Below, one piece after another: positions 18,224 through 27,479 of a DNA stretch of 64,000 bases (positions are counted from its first letter, which is position 1; every line of letters starts with the position of its first letter). The translations under genes and the position numbers were made by a program. The stretch is taken from NCBI GenBank assembly GCA_014729995.1, contig WJIZ01000024.1:736-64735 (forward strand), given 5' to 3'. The notes beneath the pieces are model-generated. The model was not told the DNA's origin. It was given only the letters and a program-made list of their open reading frames with translations, and ran no database searches. The stretch comes from Candidatus Woesearchaeota archaeon. GTDB taxonomy: Archaea > Nanobdellota > Nanobdellia > Woesearchaeales > WJIZ01.

Positions 18224-19891
18224 ATGCTGAAAAAAGAGGTATTTTTGCTGGTTTTAGTAATTTTGGCGTGCAGCGCATATTCCGAGATATCTGATTCATT
18301 TAAACTGGGAGAGATAAAGCAATACCTTACTGCAAATCAGAATATAACTGCTTATTTCAGGGAGATAGACCCGCTAAAGGAAAGGGCAGAATTTGTGGTA
18401 AACGGGGAAGTGTATAATATGCTTCCTATGCAGAGCACAAAAATAGGCAACGTAAGCTTTATTTTCATGGGCATGGAAGGAAGCAGCTTTAGCACTGTTG
18501 CTGCGGATATAATACTGGACGGCTATGTGCCTTTTGAATGCGTCAGGGAATGTGAAAACAGCAGCTTTGTTGATTTCCTTCAGATTTTTTTTGAGGATTT
18601 TGAGCTGTGCAAAAGGGACTGCAGCGAGGGATGCAGCCTTTACAAGGAGATAAAATGCGTAAAAAATGAGATTTGGGTTGTTGACAACTGCAGGGAGCAG
18701 GAAAAGAAGCTGGAAAGCTGCGGCATATCGTGCATCAATGCAGAATGCACATACTGTGGAAACAGCAGATGCGAATTCCCTGAGACATATTTCAACTGCA
18801 AGGACTGCAGGCAAAATCCCGGCTTTTGCATAGGCGATACAGACTGCCAGTATAACCAGGAGTGCGTTTCAGGGCAGTGTTCCAGCCAGCAGTTTACTGA
18901 AGGGGACGGCATATGCTCTTATCCCTATGAAAAATGCAGCTCGGAAGACTGCAGCTGCGGGGCACAGGAAGCTGAAATATCGAGAAACAACAACCCGATA
19001 ATAATCATACACGGCTTTTCGAGCGATGCATCGAAGCTGAAAAAACTTCAGAACGAAATTTCCTTTGACCTCGGATACACACACGGCGGCGAGATTGCTG
19101 TGGATGATATCGATTGCGTTTCACACGATAAGAATATAGTTTATACTGCGACATACTATGAAATACCCGAAAAAAAGAGCAAAGATATCCCTGCCTACTT
19201 AGAAAATGCCATTAAAAAATACAGCAGGAAAGAGAACAATGGCAAAAACAAGTTCGTGGACAAGTTCGCCAGGATAATAGATAAGGCCAAGGCATGCTCG
19301 AATTCTGATAAAGTGACGGTAATCGCACACAGCTGGGGAGGAATTATTGCAAGGCAATACTTATTGAGGGAAGATAACATAAAGAACGTGGATAAGCTTA
19401 TAATGCTTGGAACGCTCAACCACGGGGAGATTTACGGGGAGCAGAAGTACGAGCTTATCAGAGGCCTGGAAACCACCTTAGGTGAGAGGAGAGCATTGAT
19501 TAAGGAATGCTCTAACATAGGGCTGCCCGCTGTGGTGCTTTCATTTATAGACGGCAGGGATGTTACAAATGAGTGCGAGCAGATACATAGAAACCCTATT
19601 TCAAGCAGCATCCTAAGCATTGATGAAACACCCGGGCCGGTGGAGTATTATACGATAGCGGGGAAGATAGATGAGATGGGAGACGGCATGGTAACAGCAG
19701 ACAGCGTAAAACTGGAGGGGGCTGTTTTCAACAGGATTGTGCCCTGCGGCCATTTTGACCTGAAGAATCCGGGCAGGTGCATAGAATCCTACAGAGCGGT
19801 TATCGAAGCGCTGGGATATGAGCACGAAACAACCATAAAATCAGGCATTATGAATTTTATAAAAAGGTCTTTTCATTCTTTGCTTTCGTGA
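18224..19891 (+). CDS. secreted alpha/beta-hydrolase (lipase/esterase-like) with N-terminal Cys-rich domain
   Basis: Signal peptide MLKKEVFLLVLVILACSAYS, more than 30 Cys in the first half, then IIIIHGF...VIAHSWGG (GHSxG-type nucleophile elbow). Confidence 0.55.
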   Translation: MLKKEVFLLVLVILACSAYSEISDSFKLGEIKQYLTANQNITAYFREIDPLKERAEFVVNGEVYNMLPMQSTKIGNVSFIFMGMEGSSFSTVAADIILDGYVPFECVRECENSSFVDFLQIFFEDFELCKRDCSEGCSLYKEIKCVKNEIWVVDNCREQEKKLESCGISCINAECTYCGNSRCEFPETYFNCKDCRQNPGFCIGDTDCQYNQECVSGQCSSQQFTEGDGICSYPYEKCSSEDCSCGAQEAEISRNNNPIIIIHGFSSDASKLKKLQNEISFDLGYTHGGEIAVDDIDCVSHDKNIVYTATYYEIPEKKSKDIPAYLENAIKKYSRKENNGKNKFVDKFARIIDKAKACSNSDKVTVIAHSWGGIIARQYLLREDNIKNVDKLIMLGTLNHGEIYGEQKYELIRGLETTLGERRALIKECSNIGLPAVVLSFIDGRDVTNECEQIHRNPISSSILSIDETPGPVEYYTIAGKIDEMGDGMVTADSVKLEGAVFNRIVPCGHFDLKNPGRCIESYRAVIEALGYEHETTIKSGIMNFIKRSFHSLLS

Positions 19892-19906
19892 GATGGAAAT
19901 ATATAA

Positions 19907-20039
19907 TGCGGGGAGGAGGATTCGAACCCCCGTAAGCACTAAGCTAATAGGTGTCTTCAGGTCATCGCTTATGCTCGTAACACCTGCCTAAGCCTATCCC
20001 GTCTGGTCTCCGAAGATTTGACCGCTCCGGCATCCCCGC
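19907..20039 (-). tRNA. tRNA-Leu(UAG) with a canonical 34-nt anticodon-loop intron and a probable second 15-nt intron in the D-arm
   Basis: Acceptor GCGGGGA/UCCCCGC, T-arm GGGGG-UUCGAAU-CCUCC, anticodon stem AUAGG/CCUAU with loop CUUAGG|A. Removing 20002-20016 restores D-arm CCG-G-AGCGGUCAAA-CGG. No encoded CCA. Confidence 0.55.
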
Positions 20040-20066
20040 GGGTATTCTGTTTGTATCCCAAACCGA

Positions 20067-20077
20067 TTTAAAAATTT
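20067..20077 (-). promoter_or_regulatory. putative TATA box for tRNA-Leu
   Basis: aaatttttaaa about 30 nt upstream of the tRNA 5-prime end. Confidence 0.3.
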
Positions 20078-20248
20078 AACTAATTGAAAAACAGATTAAC
20101 AAATTTCCGACCAGGGCGCAAAGCGGCAAGGCTCTCTTTCGGAGTGCTTGGCCGGGCGGAAATTTTTCGGTGCTCTTTAATGGCTTTTTAATTCAGCTCA
20201 GATATACTATTGCACAAGTTTTTTAAATTAGCCAATAAAAGCAATGCC

Positions 20249-20887
20249 ATGAGAATATTTATCCTTACAATGCTGGCTTTGATATTATTTACAGCGGCAT
20301 GCCAGCCTGATGAGTGCCAAGGAAGCGATTCCTGCTATTTTGACAAAGCCATAGCATCAGATGACGCTTTCTATTGCTCAAAGATACAAAACAGTGCCAT
20401 AAGGAAAGCATGCATCTCTGAGATTGCTATAAAGCAGAATAATACTGAAATATGCCGGTCAATAAACAGCAGCTATTGCATACAGGTTATAGCTGAAAAC
20501 AACAAAGAGCCCGGAATATGTGAACAGATAACTGACAAGTATACGCATGACCTATGCCTGAAGAACATAGCATTAGAAACTGAAAACATGAGCATATGCA
20601 GAAAGGCATTATCCGACGACAACAGGGACGGGTGTTATTTTGATATGGCGGTAAAGCTTAACAGCACAAAGGCCTGCAATTTCATCATTGACACGAGAGA
20701 GAGGGATACCTGCATTTTAAGGAGGGCTGTCAACCTAAAAGACTCGAACGAATGCTATAACATAGAGGACATACTTGCAAGGTCAATATGCTATTACCGA
20801 ATAGCCGAGGCGGCCGGCAAGCTGAAGATATGCGATAATATAGAGATAGACCTGATAAGGAACGACTGCATAAAAAGCTTTGAGTAA
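20249..20887 (+). CDS. secreted/lipoprotein-like Cys-repeat protein
   Basis: Start at the internal Met (MRIFILTMLALILFTAAC), preceded by TATA-like ttttttaaatta at 20219-20230. About 18-aa periodic Cys-containing repeats. Confidence 0.45.
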   Translation: MRIFILTMLALILFTAACQPDECQGSDSCYFDKAIASDDAFYCSKIQNSAIRKACISEIAIKQNNTEICRSINSSYCIQVIAENNKEPGICEQITDKYTHDLCLKNIALETENMSICRKALSDDNRDGCYFDMAVKLNSTKACNFIIDTRERDTCILRRAVNLKDSNECYNIEDILARSICYYRIAEAAGKLKICDNIEIDLIRNDCIKSFE

Positions 20888-20888
20888 T

Positions 20889-21032
20889 CTATTTTTTCTT
20901 CCACTTATATGTCCTTAGCTTGGAAGAAGAGCCATAGCCGCAGCCTGAGCATTTTTTCTTATGGATATGAAATGTCCGCTTGCCGCACCTTCTGCAGTTT
21001 ACCATATTCTTCTTTCCTGATTTTCTGCCCAT
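20889..21032 (-). CDS. rpl37e: ribosomal protein L37e
   Basis: Manual translation gives MGRKSGKKNMVNCRRCGKRTFHIHKKKCSGCGYGSSSKLRTYKWKKK (C4 zinc ribbon). Absent from the track because it is under 60 aa. Adjacent to LSm as in many archaea. Confidence 0.7.
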   Translation of the reverse strand: MGRKSGKKNMVNCRRCGKRTFHIHKKKCSGCGYGSSSKLRTYKWKKK

Positions 21033-21066
21033 GGCTGCGGTTCCTTTTCCCATTTTAACTAGAATT

Positions 21067-21345
21067 CTACTCCGGAGAGATGATGGTTATTGTGTCGCCC
21101 CTGATAAAAACTATTCCCAGCTTTCTCTTCATTATCAGGTTTCCTGTTTTGACTATTATTTTCCTGCCATCAACTTCTTTCTCGGTTGTCTCTTCAATAT
21201 GTTCTTCAGCATTTTCAAGAACCACGTTGATATGAATGTCAAAAGCCTTAAGCTGGCCTATGTACTGCTTATTGTTCTTTAATTCGACTATTACTTTCTT
21301 ATCCCTGGCCCTGTTAAGGGCATCTAATGGTCTGGAAGTTTCCAT
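21067..21345 (-). CDS. Sm-like (LSm/SmAP) protein
   Basis: VIVELKNNKQYIGQLKAFDIHINVVLENAEE...GIVFIRGDTITIISP Sm1/Sm2 motifs. Confidence 0.8.
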   Translation of the reverse strand: METSRPLDALNRARDKKVIVELKNNKQYIGQLKAFDIHINVVLENAEEHIEETTEKEVDGRKIIVKTGNLIMKRKLGIVFIRGDTITIISPE

Positions 21346-21470
21346 AATAACACCTCAAAAATGGATGGATTATAGAATGTTATCAGATTTATAAAACTTT
21401 CCCTATTATTTTTTCCACGGGATTTTTCAACAAAAACTTTATAAACAAAAAAACTCATCCTATTTCCGGG

Positions 21471-21758
21471 ATGGCAGATAAAATAAAAAAAATCAGGAAG
21501 CAGATTGACAGGATAGACATGGTACTTATCACAGCATTAGCAGAAAGGATGTCGCTGATGCCTGAAATTGGAGAGTATAAAAAAGAGAATAACATACCCA
21601 TATTCCAGGAGAAAAGAGAGCAGGAAATAATGGAAAACCTGAAGAGAATAGCTAAAGACCATGACCTTAACGAGGATTTTGTCGAGGAGATATTCCTGAG
21701 CATTTTTAACGAGGCCAAGCGAATCCAGCATGAGATTATGAACAATAAGACAGAATAG
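21471..21758 (+). CDS. chorismate mutase (AroQ class)
   Basis: IRKQIDRIDMVLITALAERMSLMPEIGEYK is the AroQ signature. Confidence 0.65.
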   Translation: MADKIKKIRKQIDRIDMVLITALAERMSLMPEIGEYKKENNIPIFQEKREQEIMENLKRIAKDHDLNEDFVEEIFLSIFNEAKRIQHEIMNNKTE

Positions 21759-21760
21759 AG

Positions 21761-22735
21761 TCAGGCATATGTGTGTTCTTTCATGAAAACTTTTTTCGGC
21801 TGTGCTGCAATTCCCCTCCTGCTCTTGAGCATACAGAGAGATGTCATGGCTGAGTCTGCTATTGCTATGAGCTCGTTTTTCAGGGTCATCAGGGCTACAG
21901 CGTCTTCGGGATTGATGTTGTTGTGCAGCTTTGATATGCCCGGAACCGCCAAAGGCCTGCCGTGGCACAGGGCCTCCACAGCAGAATCATTTACCCATAT
22001 CTTTGACAGATGGCTAAGCGCTGATTCCATGGGCTGTACTATCTTCCTTATGAAAGCCTCATTGTTATCCTCTTTCCAATAATAATAAGCGTCTGCCAAA
22101 TCCTGCAGGGTAAATAAAGAGGATTCACCGAAGCATGCTGCTTTTGTGCGCCTTAATGAAGCCATGTGTGCACCTGTGCCGAGCTTTGCCCCCATATCAT
22201 GGACAAGCTTCCTGATATAGGTTCCTGCCTCGCATCCGACCTTAAACAGTATATCGCGGCTGTCCCTCTCCATAATATCAAGATAATATACTTCCCTTTC
22301 GCGCTCCTTTCTTCTCACTGCTGATTTTATGGGCGGCGTTTGCCTTATCTTGCCTGTAAACTGCCTGAAAACCTTCTTTATTTTCCTTTCCCCTGCGTCC
22401 TTATGCAAATGCATTATGCAGACGTATTCTTTTCCGGCAGGCAGCAGAGCCTGGACTATTCTTGTGGCCCTGCACAAAGCTATGGGAAGAACTCCTGTCA
22501 CAGCGGGATCCAATGTACCGGCATGGCCTGCCTTATCTATATCAAGTATCTTCTGGACATAATCGCTGACCTGGTGAGAAGTGGGGCCTTTAGGCTTATC
22601 AATGTTTATAATGCCGTAATATATGAGCGTTTCCACCGGCCTCCTGCCTATATCAAACCCCATAGAGGGGTCGGTTATAGACTCTTTCTTTACAATGACA
22701 TCTCTCTGTATGCTTTCGCAGGGAAGGGCATTCAT
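21761..22735 (-). CDS. cbf5: tRNA/rRNA pseudouridine synthase Cbf5 (H/ACA RNP catalytic subunit)
   Basis: GIINIDKPKGPTSHQVSDYV...GHAGTLDPAVTGVLPI TruB motif II with a C-terminal PUA. Confidence 0.85.
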   Translation of the reverse strand: MNALPCESIQRDVIVKKESITDPSMGFDIGRRPVETLIYYGIINIDKPKGPTSHQVSDYVQKILDIDKAGHAGTLDPAVTGVLPIALCRATRIVQALLPAGKEYVCIMHLHKDAGERKIKKVFRQFTGKIRQTPPIKSAVRRKEREREVYYLDIMERDSRDILFKVGCEAGTYIRKLVHDMGAKLGTGAHMASLRRTKAACFGESSLFTLQDLADAYYYWKEDNNEAFIRKIVQPMESALSHLSKIWVNDSAVEALCHGRPLAVPGISKLHNNINPEDAVALMTLKNELIAIADSAMTSLCMLKSRRGIAAQPKKVFMKEHTYA

Positions 22736-22850
22736 AGGATTACTATTTCAGGTGAATTTAATAATGTTTTGCCATGGCTGGATTTTTCCTATGGCCTGCC
22801 GCTATTGCCAAATCCAAAAGCCGGCAATGATATTACAGGGGCTGCAGAAA

Positions 22851-23354
22851 CTAAGGGGCTTTTGCATTTATGACATAAACTGCCTGGTGCTCCAGGCCGG
22901 TATCAATGTTATGGTAAGGAACAGTTATCTCAGCCTTAAACCTTCCCGGCTTGATCTGGCTGCTGCATGATATTGTTATCCTTGCGTTCTCTTTCTTATC
23001 TGCAGGGCATTGGTCAGCCATCCCGGACGTGTCGGAAGAGGGGCATTCTATGACAGAGCTTTGCAGTAAGCAGTCACTGGAATCTATCTTGAGAGGGCTT
23101 GAATGGTCTGAGTCATGTATATTCATGGTGTAGAGCCGGTTGTTCTTTACGATAAAAGATATAGTGTTTCCGGTTATAGAGGCTTTGCTTATGCAATCGA
23201 TGTCATTCGGGCCCTTGCAATATTCAGGAAGTGAATTATCAGGTGTGAAGACTCCGGTGTATGCAAGAGTACCGAGCAGTATAAGCACAATCAGGACTGC
23301 CCAAGCATAATTCATCAGGAATTCCGCAGCTGCCTGGCCTTTTGCTTGAAACAT
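22851..23354 (-). CDS. archaeal type IV pilin-like protein (class III signal peptide)
   Basis: MFQAKGQAAAEFLMNYAWAVLIVLILLG has a prepilin-type cleavage site KG|QAAAE followed by a hydrophobic helix. Confidence 0.55.
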   Translation of the reverse strand: MFQAKGQAAAEFLMNYAWAVLIVLILLGTLAYTGVFTPDNSLPEYCKGPNDIDCISKASITGNTISFIVKNNRLYTMNIHDSDHSSPLKIDSSDCLLQSSVIECPSSDTSGMADQCPADKKENARITISCSSQIKPGRFKAEITVPYHNIDTGLEHQAVYVINAKAP

Positions 23355-23442
23355 AGGCTAAATAAAAGGAGGCATGTATAAATAATTTTTTATATTGCCA
23401 TTCTCAGTAAATTTTTTATAGTCCGGATAAGAAAAGGGGGGT

Positions 23443-24051
23443 ATGGAGCAGGAAGAACTTGCAATAAGGCCGCATTATTTCACTGCATTGGCTATTTATT
23501 TTCTAAAATCACTTATATTTGTGCTTATAATAGTCTTTACTTTCCAGATAATGAGGATTATCCTTGGGATAGACATAATAGGGATAATTATTGAGTCTAT
23601 CCAGATATCGATAGAAAATATATTTGATATCGACTCGCCGTTGCTTGAAGCAATAGGCCTGGAATTCCTTGAAGACAGAGTAATTAATATTTTTATAGCT
23701 ACATTGCTTCTTACCTTTGCGCAACAGAGCAATGTCATAAATAAGATGTGGACAGTCACAAACAATGAGATAAGATACAACGAGGGATTCTTTTCCCTGA
23801 AAAATACAACTGCGGAGCTTGATAAGGTGATGAGAGTCTACGGCATCCCAAGGGCAGACTTCAAAAATATGGGAGATATTTATATCGAACTATCCACGAG
23901 GGAAAAGAAGCTGAAGCTGCCCTGTGTCTATCATGTTGATGCTCTAGTAAGGGAGATCTCTGCAAGGGCAGAAAAGTACAAGGAGATGATTATTGAGAAA
24001 GACATAGAAAGGGATATCGGGAAAGGCATAAAAATCCCCAATAAAATTTAA
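23443..24051 (+). CDS. hypothetical membrane protein
   Basis: Two or three N-terminal TM segments. No clear motif. Confidence 0.4.
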   Translation: MEQEELAIRPHYFTALAIYFLKSLIFVLIIVFTFQIMRIILGIDIIGIIIESIQISIENIFDIDSPLLEAIGLEFLEDRVINIFIATLLLTFAQQSNVINKMWTVTNNEIRYNEGFFSLKNTTAELDKVMRVYGIPRADFKNMGDIYIELSTREKKLKLPCVYHVDALVREISARAEKYKEMIIEKDIERDIGKGIKIPNKI

Positions 24052-24080
24052 AAAGGAATTGTGTTTCTTGAAAGGCTATT

Positions 24081-24169
24081 GGGCTCTTAGCTCAGCCTGG
24101 TTAGAGCGATCGCCTCTTAACATTTTGAAAGAAAGCGATAGGTCGGGGGTTCGAATCCCCTAGGGCCCA
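24081..24169 (+). tRNA. tRNA-Lys(CUU) with 14-nt intron
   Basis: Acceptor GGGCUCU/AGGGCCC, D-arm GCUC...GAGC, anticodon stem AUCGC/GCGAU with loop CUCUUAA. The intron at 24121-24134 interrupts the anticodon arm. T-arm GGGGG-UUCGAAU-CCCCU. Confidence 0.7.
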
Positions 24170-24176
24170 TTCCCTT

Positions 24177-24644
24177 TCAGAATCCCGGCTTAACGGGATT
24201 ATAGTCCAGGTTAGGATCATGGTAAGTGGAAATCCCGAGCATTTCCAGGAATTTGTTTATTCCCTTCTTTTGTTTTCTTGCGCATTCGAGGCAATCCTCA
24301 AGATTATCCTTTTCGAGTATCAATATATCATGGGATTCTGCCATTGCCCTGTCTTCGCCAAGCGCTTCTATGTCCTCAATGACTATTACCAGCTTATCGC
24401 ACTTCAGCTTATCCTTTATCCCCAGAAACCCCTGCAAATCCTCTTTCAGGCTGGATGAGGATTCTTCATGCACATTTTTGCAGAGCACAACATAATCTTC
24501 CGCCTTATCCGGCATATCCTTCGCAGCATACAAGTCTACAGAATAATCACCAATTTTCTCGTTTACCTGTATTCTGAAGCCTGCCAAAGAAAAGAGCTCT
24601 TCCAATAAGCTGTGAGTGTCAGCCATCTTATGTAATGAATGCAA
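24177..24644 (-). CDS. hypothetical protein
   Basis: 155-aa ORF directly downstream of tRNA-Lys. No firm motif. Confidence 0.3.
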   Translation of the reverse strand: MHSLHKMADTHSLLEELFSLAGFRIQVNEKIGDYSVDLYAAKDMPDKAEDYVVLCKNVHEESSSSLKEDLQGFLGIKDKLKCDKLVIVIEDIEALGEDRAMAESHDILILEKDNLEDCLECARKQKKGINKFLEMLGISTYHDPNLDYNPVKPGF

Positions 24645-24760
24645 AAGGAGATATAAACTTTTTCATCTTTTCATAGCGCGGGCACATTTATCAGAAAAAC
24701 TCCGGCTTTTACCTACAGTTAATTTTTTAAACAGCCCTGATATTCCAAAGCAGGGTGAAA

Positions 24761-24984
24761 TGATGGTAAAACTGCATACAAGAGTAAAAAGAAAGCTGGG
24801 ATTAATCACTTCGAGGAAGCATAGGTTCAGGAATGTCAAGGGCAAGAAAGGGGCAAAGACTTTTCTTAGCGAGGAAAAAGCAAGGAAATATGCCCTTGAA
24901 ATAATGAAGCTGAATGAGAATGAATTCGGCATTATCCCTGCAAAAAGGAACAAGAAATTCAGGATAGTAAAGAAAGCTTCCTGA
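24761..24984 (+). CDS. small basic hypothetical protein
   Basis: MMVKLHTRVKRKLGLITSRKHRFRNVKGKK... is Lys/Arg-rich. Preceded by a ggtgaa SD-like sequence. Confidence 0.3.
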
Positions 24985-25094
24985 TAAACCATCTCCCTTT
25001 TTTGGAAGGAGAAAAATTGGCGCAGGCAAAGGCGGGTGTAAAGAAGGTTAGTGCTGCGGCTGATTCCACAACTTTTCAGAAGAACTTCAACTTT

Positions 25095-25745
25095 TTATAC
25101 GCTTACCAGCCTTTGCAGTGCGTTATATCCCTTATTGGCGTCCTTATTGGATATGATGAAAGTCATTTCAGTGAAAGTCGAAATTAATTCATATATGTTG
25201 ATGTCCTCCCATGTGAGTTTCCTGACTGCTGTCGCTATAACACCGGGAGTGTAAAGGAACTTTTCGGAAAAGTTCAGCGAGAGTGCGACCAGCTCCTTCT
25301 CTGTCTTTATTATCTTTTCTCCCCTGAGCTCTTTTTTTATCCTGCCGAGATGCTTCATGTTTGTAACAATACTCACCTCATAATTGCCGTGGATGATGTT
25401 TAGTATATCGCCCCTGGCATAATCCGCAATTTTATGTATTTTCTGGAGCTTGCTAAACAGGGTTGAGCTCTTCCTTACTGCGACATCACAAAGGTTTGTC
25501 TTCATTATGATCTCTGAATTGAAGCTGAATTTAGGCATTTCTGACTTGCCCTGTATCTTTTCAGAATATCTCCTTAATGCCATGACAACAGCTGAGCGCT
25601 TTATTTCCCTGCCAAGCTCCTCTGCTATTTCCTTTTCTAGCTGTGCTGCGAGGTTGCCGAAGCTTATTATGTCCTGCTCCAAAGCCTGGAATAATAAAGG
25701 CCGCTCATTTACAATTTTTTCAACAAGGTGTGATATTGTTACCAT
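25095..25745 (-). CDS. putative ACT-domain regulatory protein (amino-acid metabolism regulator-like)
   Basis: Divergent from dapB. Weak family resemblance only. Confidence 0.35.
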   Translation of the reverse strand: MVTISHLVEKIVNERPLLFQALEQDIISFGNLAAQLEKEIAEELGREIKRSAVVMALRRYSEKIQGKSEMPKFSFNSEIIMKTNLCDVAVRKSSTLFSKLQKIHKIADYARGDILNIIHGNYEVSIVTNMKHLGRIKKELRGEKIIKTEKELVALSLNFSEKFLYTPGVIATAVRKLTWEDINIYELISTFTEMTFIISNKDANKGYNALQRLVSV

Positions 25746-25850
25746 TTTTCATGCATGCCAACATTTATATTATCTTATATGTTACTATTATAACAGAATG
25801 TTTAAAATATATAAAAAGTTTTCTGTTGGAAAAGAGCAAAAGGGTTTAGG

Positions 25851-26585
25851 ATGAAAATCGCAATAGTGGGATACGGAAGAATGGGGCATGAGATAGAAGC
25901 AGCTGCGAAGTCAAAAGGCCATGAAATAGTGAGAGTGGATAACAAATGCAGGGCTGATTTCTGTGGCATTGATAAAAATTCCATGGCAGGCGTGGATGTT
26001 GCTATAGATTTTACTGCACCGGAATCTGCAATAAATAATGCAGGAAAATATAATGAGCTCGGGGTAAATGCTGTCATCGGAACAACAGGATGGTATGGAA
26101 GTATGGAAAAGATGAAAGAAGCTGCCAGGGACATAGGCCTTATATGGAGCGGTAATTTTTCAATGGGAGTTAATGTTTTTTTCAGGATAATAGAGAATGC
26201 CGCAAAGATGATGAATAACCTCGATAATTATGATGTATCTGCTTTTGAGATGCACCATAAGGGGAAAAAGGATTCGCCGAGTGGCACTGCTAAGATGATA
26301 GGGGATATTATCCTGAGGAATATCGACAGGAAGAAAAAGCTGGAAACAGGGCAACTCAGCAGGAAAATAGGGGATGATGAGCTTCATTTTGCTTCAGTAA
26401 GAGGCGGCTCTGCGCCCGGAACCCACAGCGTGTTCTTTGATTCCGATGCTGATACTATTGAGCTGACACACAGGGCAAGAAGCAGAAAAGGGTTTGCGCT
26501 GGGCGCTGTCACAGCGGCCGAGTGGATAAAAGACAGGAAAGGCTTCTACAATATCGATGATATGATGAGCGAGCTGATCAAATAG
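25851..26585 (+). CDS. dapB: 4-hydroxy-tetrahydrodipicolinate reductase
   Basis: MKIAIVGYGRMGHEI...VIGTTGW...ELTHRARSR(KG)FA. Confidence 0.85.
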   Translation: MKIAIVGYGRMGHEIEAAAKSKGHEIVRVDNKCRADFCGIDKNSMAGVDVAIDFTAPESAINNAGKYNELGVNAVIGTTGWYGSMEKMKEAARDIGLIWSGNFSMGVNVFFRIIENAAKMMNNLDNYDVSAFEMHHKGKKDSPSGTAKMIGDIILRNIDRKKKLETGQLSRKIGDDELHFASVRGGSAPGTHSVFFDSDADTIELTHRARSRKGFALGAVTAAEWIKDRKGFYNIDDMMSELIK

Positions 26586-26600
26586 ACGGAGGTAGATAAA

Positions 26601-27479
26601 ATGTTCAGGGGAGTTTATACTGCAATAATAACGCCGTTTACAGATGAAGGGAAGGTTGACTGGGCTGCTTTGAAGAACCTTGTAGAGTTCCAGATAGAGA
26701 ATAAGGTAGCCGGCATAGTACCCATGGGCACTACAGGGGAAAGCCCTACACTGGACCATGAAGAGCATGATGAAGTTATAAGAAAAGTCATAGGTTGGGC
26801 GGATAAGAGATGCGCTGTGATTGCGGGAACAGGCTCGAATTCAACTTCCGAGGCAATAAAGCTGAGCCAGCATGCAGAAAAGGCAGGGGCTGACGCATGT
26901 TTGGTTGTAAATCCTTATTACAACAAGCCAACGCAAGAAGGTTTGTACAGGCACTTCAAGGCTGTGGCTGACTGTGTAAAGATTCCGATAGTTGTTTATA
27001 ATATCAAGGGAAGGACTGCTGTTAATGTGGAAACCCCCACGCTGATGAGGCTCATTGAGGGCTGCGATAATATCACTGCAGTAAAGGAAGCATCAGGAGA
27101 CATAGAGCAGATAAAGGATGTTATAAAACAGAGCCCTGATGATTTCTCTGTGCTGAGCGGGGACGACGGCATTACCCTGGAGCTGATAAGAGCAGGCGGC
27201 CATGGTGTTGTTTCGGTTGCTTCAAACATAATTCCTGACCGCATGGTGGGCATGGTTGAGAACGCCCTTGAAGGCAATTTCAAGGAAGCAGGGGTTTCGG
27301 ACAAGGAGCTGCAGAAATTCTTTGACGGGGAATTCATAGAGACTAATCCCATACCAATAAAGGCTGCCCTGGCCATGAAGGGAATGTGCAGGGAAGTGTA
27401 CAGGCTGCCCATGTGCGAGCTAAGGCCTGAGAACAGGGAGAAATGGAAAAAGATTCTTACAGACATGAGAGTTATCTGA
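26601..27479 (+). CDS. dapA: 4-hydroxy-tetrahydrodipicolinate synthase
   Basis: GVYTAIITPF...GIVPMGTTGESPTL...VVYNIKGRT. Confidence 0.85.
   Translation: MFRGVYTAIITPFTDEGKVDWAALKNLVEFQIENKVAGIVPMGTTGESPTLDHEEHDEVIRKVIGWADKRCAVIAGTGSNSTSEAIKLSQHAEKAGADACLVVNPYYNKPTQEGLYRHFKAVADCVKIPIVVYNIKGRTAVNVETPTLMRLIEGCDNITAVKEASGDIEQIKDVIKQSPDDFSVLSGDDGITLELIRAGGHGVVSVASNIIPDRMVGMVENALEGNFKEAGVSDKELQKFFDGEFIETNPIPIKAALAMKGMCREVYRLPMCELRPENREKWKKILTDMRVI

Noticed and set aside
20980-21282. 100-aa plus-strand ORF
   Set aside because: It overlaps the real minus-strand rpl37e (20889-21032) and LSm (21067-21345) genes, so it is a shadow ORF.
24177-24644. PD-(D/E)xK nuclease assignment for the 155-aa protein
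   Set aside because: The spacing of candidate D/E/K residues does not match the motif convincingly, so it is left as hypothetical.
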